From: Heptranchias perlo | Lineage: Eukaryota | Assembly (NCBI RefSeq): GCF_035084215.1 | Contig: NC_090335.1 | Span: 48,050,001-48,114,000 of the forward strand | DNA length: 64,000 bases | Direction: 5' to 3' | Shown here: positions 63,549 to 64,000 of the stretch, one piece after another | Layout of the letters: every line of letters starts with the position of its first letter | Numbering within the stretch: the stretch's first letter is position 1 | Made by a program: the position numbers and the translations under genes | Notes under the pieces: model-generated | What the model was told of the DNA's origin: nothing | The model's database searches: none | The model's input: only the letters and a program-made list of their open reading frames with translations

Positions 63549-64000
63549 TTCATTAAAGGGGAAGTTGTCATCAGTCATCAGCCAGGTTTCCGCCAAGGCC
63601 ATGATGTCGATGCATTCATCCACAATAAGCTCATGGATGGCAAGGGCCTTATTCACAAGTGAACGGACATTCTGGAGGGAGATGCGGAGAGGGGCGGTGC
63701 TAGCTGATCTGCTGACAAAGTACACAGGGTCCGCGCTGGGAGGGGTGAGTGGGACGGGAAGGAGATTGGCAAGATTAGCCTCCAGCGGGCCCACTGGGCG
63801 GGAATGTCAATAAGAGAAGGATGGGGCAGTTGGGGTTGCTGCAATTAAGGGGGCAGTGACAAATGCCTTGATGGGCCCTTTGGAGGATGCCAAGAGAGGT
63901 ACAGGTTGAAGCTGTAGGTTTATCTAAGAGGGAGTAAAGCCTGGGATGGCAGCAGGAAAGTAGGAAGATTAAGGAGTGCTGAAGGGTTGGAGTAAGGATT
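63549..64000 (-). mobile_element. L2-type LINE ORF2 N-terminus (endonuclease)
   Basis: LQNVRSLVNK...IDIMALAETWL. Confidence 0.75.

Overview
Eukaryotic (vertebrate) genomic DNA, most likely a cartilaginous fish, inferred from esterase-ORF1 CR1 LINEs, a Deu-domain tRNA SINE and hammerhead-bearing Penelope-type repeats. Host genes: (1) a complete 6-coding-exon TRIM45 on + (6197-20213, 578 aa after manual splicing); (2) a small Ig-superfamily gene on + (36349-39697) with a leader exon, one germline-joined V-J exon and a TM exon carrying basic residues and almost no tail; (3) on -, a C1-set Ig exon (59678-59956) and a decayed NKp30/NCR3-like V remnant. Most other sequence is nested mobile DNA: one apparently intact full-length CR1 LINE (23248-28094), many CR1/L2 fragments, Harbinger DNA transposons, probable solo LTRs, SINEs and a 2.6-kb pyrimidine-rich array. 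Best leads: a conserved UUUAAAC slippery site at the CR1 ORF1/ORF2 junction (candidate -1 frameshift), minimal hammerhead ribozymes, tandem promoter-like monomers plus splice donors at CR1 5' ends, and the non-rearranging VJ/C1 immune-receptor cluster beside TRIM45. All calls were read by eye with no database searches; repeat boundaries are approximate unless a TSD is given.
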